From NCBI RefSeq assembly GCF_030144855.1, contig NC_082714.1, positions 94,240,001-94,304,000 on the forward strand: 64,000 nucleotides of DNA. Direction: 5' to 3'. Made by a program: the position numbers and the translations under genes. Of the stretch, positions 61,640 to 64,000 are shown piece after piece. The stretch is from Hypanus sabinus. Its lineage: Eukaryota. Within the stretch, counting starts at the first letter, position 1. Every line of letters starts with the position of its first letter. A model generated the notes under the pieces. The model did not search any database. It was not told where the DNA came from and saw only the letters and a program-made list of their open reading frames with translations.

Positions 61640-64000
61640 CAGGTGATAGAGAAGGGACGCACTCAGATCGAAAGTTTGAGATGTATCTATTTTAAGCGAA
61701 TGAGTGTTGTGAACAAAGTAGATGAGCTTCGAGCGTGGATCAGTTCTTGGAGGTATGCTGTGGTGGTCATTACAAAGAACTGGATGGCTCAGGGACTGGA
61801 ATGATTATGAGCCGGATTTTAGATGTTTCAGAAAGAACCCGGAGGGAGGCAAAAGAAGTGGGATCGTGGTACTGTTGAATAGAAATAGTGTCACGGCTGC
61901 AGAAAAAGGTGTACGTTATAGAGATATTATCTACGGAGTTTCTGTGGGGGAGATTAGGAACAGGAAGGGGTAAATAACTTTACTGGGTGGTTTAATAGGC
62001 CGCCGAAGAGTAACAGGGATATCGAAGAGCAGATAGGGAAACAAATCCTGGAAAAGTGCAATAATAACAGAGTTATCGTGATTGGGGATTTAATTTCCAA
62101 AATATAGATTGGCATCTCCCTAGAGCAAGGGTTTTAGATGGGATGGAGTTTGTGAGGTGTTTTCAGGAAGGTTTCTTGGTACAATATGTAGATAGGCCTA
62201 CAGGAGGAGAGGCTGTACTTGATTTCGTATTTTGGACATGAACCTGCTCAGATGTCAGATCTCTCAGTGGGAGAGCATTTTTGGAGATAGTGATCAAAAT
62301 TCTATCTCCTTTACCATAGCATTGGAGAGAGATAGGAACAGATGTTAGAAAAACGTTTAATTGGAGTAAGGGCAATTACGAGGCAATCAGGCAGGAAACA
62401 GGAAGCTTAAATTTGAAACAGATGTTCTCGGGGATAAGTACGGAAGAAATGTGGCAAATGTTCAGTGGATATTTGTGTGGAGTTCTACATTAGTACGTTC
62501 CAATAAGGCAGGGAAGTTATGGTAGGGCGCAGGAACCGTGGTGTACAAAAGCTGTAATATATCTGGTCAAGAAGAAAAGAAAAACTTACAAAAAGTTCAG
62601 AGTGCTCGGTAATGTTAGAGATCTAGAAGATTATTGGACTAACATGAAGGAGCTTAAAAAGGAAATTAGGAGAGCCGGAAGAGGCCATGAGAAGGCCTTG
62701 GCCGCCAGGATTAAGGAAAACACCGAGGCATTTTACAAGTATGTGAAGAGCAGGGGGATGAGACGTGAAAGTATAGCACATATCAAATGTGACAGTGGAA
62801 AAGTATGTACAGAACCGGAGGAAATAGCAGAGGTACTTAATTAATACTTCAGTATTCACTATGGAAAATGTTCTTGGTAATAATAGTGACGACTTGCAGC
62901 AGATTGAAAATTTTGAGCATGTAGAGATTAAGAAAGAGGATGTGCTGGAGCTTTTGGAAAGCATCAAATTGGATATATCGCCGGGCCCGGATGAGATGAA
63001 CCCCAGGCTACTGTGCGGGGCGAGGGAGGAGATTGCTGAGCCTCTGGTGATGATCTTTGCATCATCAATGGGGACGGGAGAGGTTTCGGAGGATTGGAGG
63101 GTTGTGGATGTTGTTCCTTTATTCAAGTAGAGATAGCCGAGGAAATTATAGACCAGTGAGTCTTACCTCAGTGGTTGGTAAGTTGATGGAGAAGATCCTG
63201 ACAAGCAGGATTTATGAACGTTTGGGGAGGTACAATATGATTAGGAATAGACAACACGGCGTTGCCAAGGGCAGGCGTGCCATACGAGCCTGATTGAATT
63301 TTTTCAGGAAGTGACGACACATATTAATGAAGGATGAACAGTAGGTATAGTGTATATGGATTCCAGCAAGGCATTTGATAAGGTATCCCATGCAAGACTT
63401 ATTGAGAAAGTAAGGATGCATGGGATCCAAGAGAACATTGCTCGGTGGATCGAGAACTGGTTTGCCGACAGAAAGCAAAGAGTGGTTATAGACGGGTTAT
63501 ATTCTACATGGAGTTCGGTCACCAGTTGAGTGCCTCAGGGATCTGTTCTGCGACCCATATTCTTTGCGATTTTTTTAATTGACCTCGATGAGGAACTGGA
63601 GGGATGGATTAGTAAGTTTGCTGATGACACTAGGTTGGAGCTGCTGTGGATATTGTGGAGGCCTGTCAAAGGTTACAGCGGGACATTGATAGGATGCAAA
63701 ACTGGGCTGAGAAGTGGCAGATCGAGTTCAAACCAGGTAAGTGTGAAGAAGTTCATTTTGGTAGGTCAAATATGATGGCAGAATACAGTATTAATTGTAA
63801 GACTCTTGGCAGTGCGGAGGATCAGTGGGATCTTTGGGTCCGAGTCCATATGATGCTCAAAGTAGCTGCGCAGGGTGACTCAGTGGTTAAGAAGCCATAT
63901 GGTGCATTGGCCTTCGTCAATCGTGGATTTGAATTTAGGAGTCGAGAGGTAATGTGGCAGCTATATAAGATCTTGGTCAGACCCCACTTGGAGTACTCTG
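61640..64000 (+). mobile_element. CR1 LINE, disrupted ORF2, running off the window end
   Basis: Endonuclease remnants, [49 protein letters not shown]. Confidence 0.9.

Overview
This is vertebrate genomic DNA, most likely from a cartilaginous fish (ray/skate-like). That inference rests on the CR1/Rex1/Gypsy repeat landscape and a germline-joined sigma-cart-type Ig light-chain V. Most of the window is decayed retroelement sequence, and there is one assembly gap (21570-21752). Among the repeats is a small cluster of non-rearranging antigen-receptor-like genes that the ORF track only shows as fragments. (1) An intact 6-exon gene on the minus strand (41801->36152; 903 nt CDS, 300 aa) encodes leader, germline-joined VJ domain, C1-set domain, uncharged TM with a juxtamembrane Cys, and a cytoplasmic ITIM (IIYASL). 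All splice sites are canonical and phase-compatible. (2) Two decayed plus-strand paralogues with a different V type lie at ~19.66-19.97 kb (VJ) and ~21.98-22.73 kb (VJ plus C1). (3) A germline-joined IgL (sigma-cart/type I-like) leader-VJ pseudogene lies at 59777-60299. The architecture matches what I recall of the PRARP/VJC1 class of non-rearranging receptor genes, but orthology was not tested. Gene models were hand-translated, and repeat boundaries are approximate unless a TSD is quoted.
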